Origin: Vicugna vicugna
Lineage: Eukaryota
Reading direction: 5' to 3'
Length of the DNA stretch: 36,810 nucleotides
Assembly: GCA_013265495.1 (NCBI GenBank)
Contig: MU058650.1
Coordinates: 957,394 to 994,203 of the forward strand
The notes under the pieces are model-generated. The model saw nothing but the letters and a program-made list of their open reading frames with translations. It was not told where the DNA came from and did not search any database. A program made the position numbers and the translations under genes. Shown in pieces: positions 36,614 to 36,810 of the stretch. The stretch's first letter is position 1; the number at the start of each line of letters is the position of its first letter.

Positions 36614-36810
36614 GGAGGAGGAGGAGGTGGAGGAGGTGGAGGAGTAGTTGGAAGAGGACTTGGAGAAGGAGGAGTTGTAGGAGGAGGAGTTGGCAGAGGA
36701 GTTGGAGGAGGAGGTGGAGCAGGTGGAGGAGGAGGTGGAGGAGGCGGAGGAGGCGGAGGTGGAGGAGGAGGCGGAGGAGGCGGAGGAGGAGGAGGCGGAG
36801 GCGGAGGAGG
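36614..36810 (+). repeat. (GGA/GGC/GGT)n trinucleotide low-complexity repeat running off the window
   Basis: ggaggaggaggaggtggaggaggtgg...ggaggcggaggaggcggagg. Confidence 0.92.

Noticed and set aside
27636..36810. Search for the next ELMOD1 exon (expected LWKFLKPNTPLESRISKQW...)
   Set aside because: No matching frame found by eye; it presumably lies beyond the window.

Overview
Mammalian genomic DNA, most likely camelid, judging by Vic-1-type tRNA-Ala-derived SINEs and young artiodactyl-type L1 3' ends. The window holds the 5' coding part of ELMOD1 (ELMO-domain ARF/ARL GAP) on the + strand as five coding exons with GT-AG sites: 7891-7907, 20860-21005, 21143-21171, 22015-22112 and 27506-27635. 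These splice to 140 codons, MKHFLRMLIQVCLYFYCKFLWRCLKFVMRKLTGRCELQRICYSTKPGASRTMKIETSLRDSKSKLLQTSVSVHSDAIEKTIEDIMELKKINPDVNPQLGISLQACLLQIVGYRNLIADVEKLRREPYDSDNPQHEEMLLK. The first non-coding exon and the later exons lie outside the window. The rest is intron rich in transposon relics (L2, L1MC-type, Tigger1, solo LTR, several L1s, SINEs, MIR, MER58A); the ORF-track entries are mostly decayed TE frames or chance ORFs. I see no novel multi-gene system. The best leads are a TSD-flanked retroposed non-repeat sequence, an L1-5'/unique-sequence chimera, a near-perfect RFX X-box plus candidate alternative 5' exons in intron 2, a scrambled nested L1, an inverted L1 pair in intron 5 and a GGN repeat at the window end. 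Repeat family names and orthologue comparisons are from recall, not database searches.
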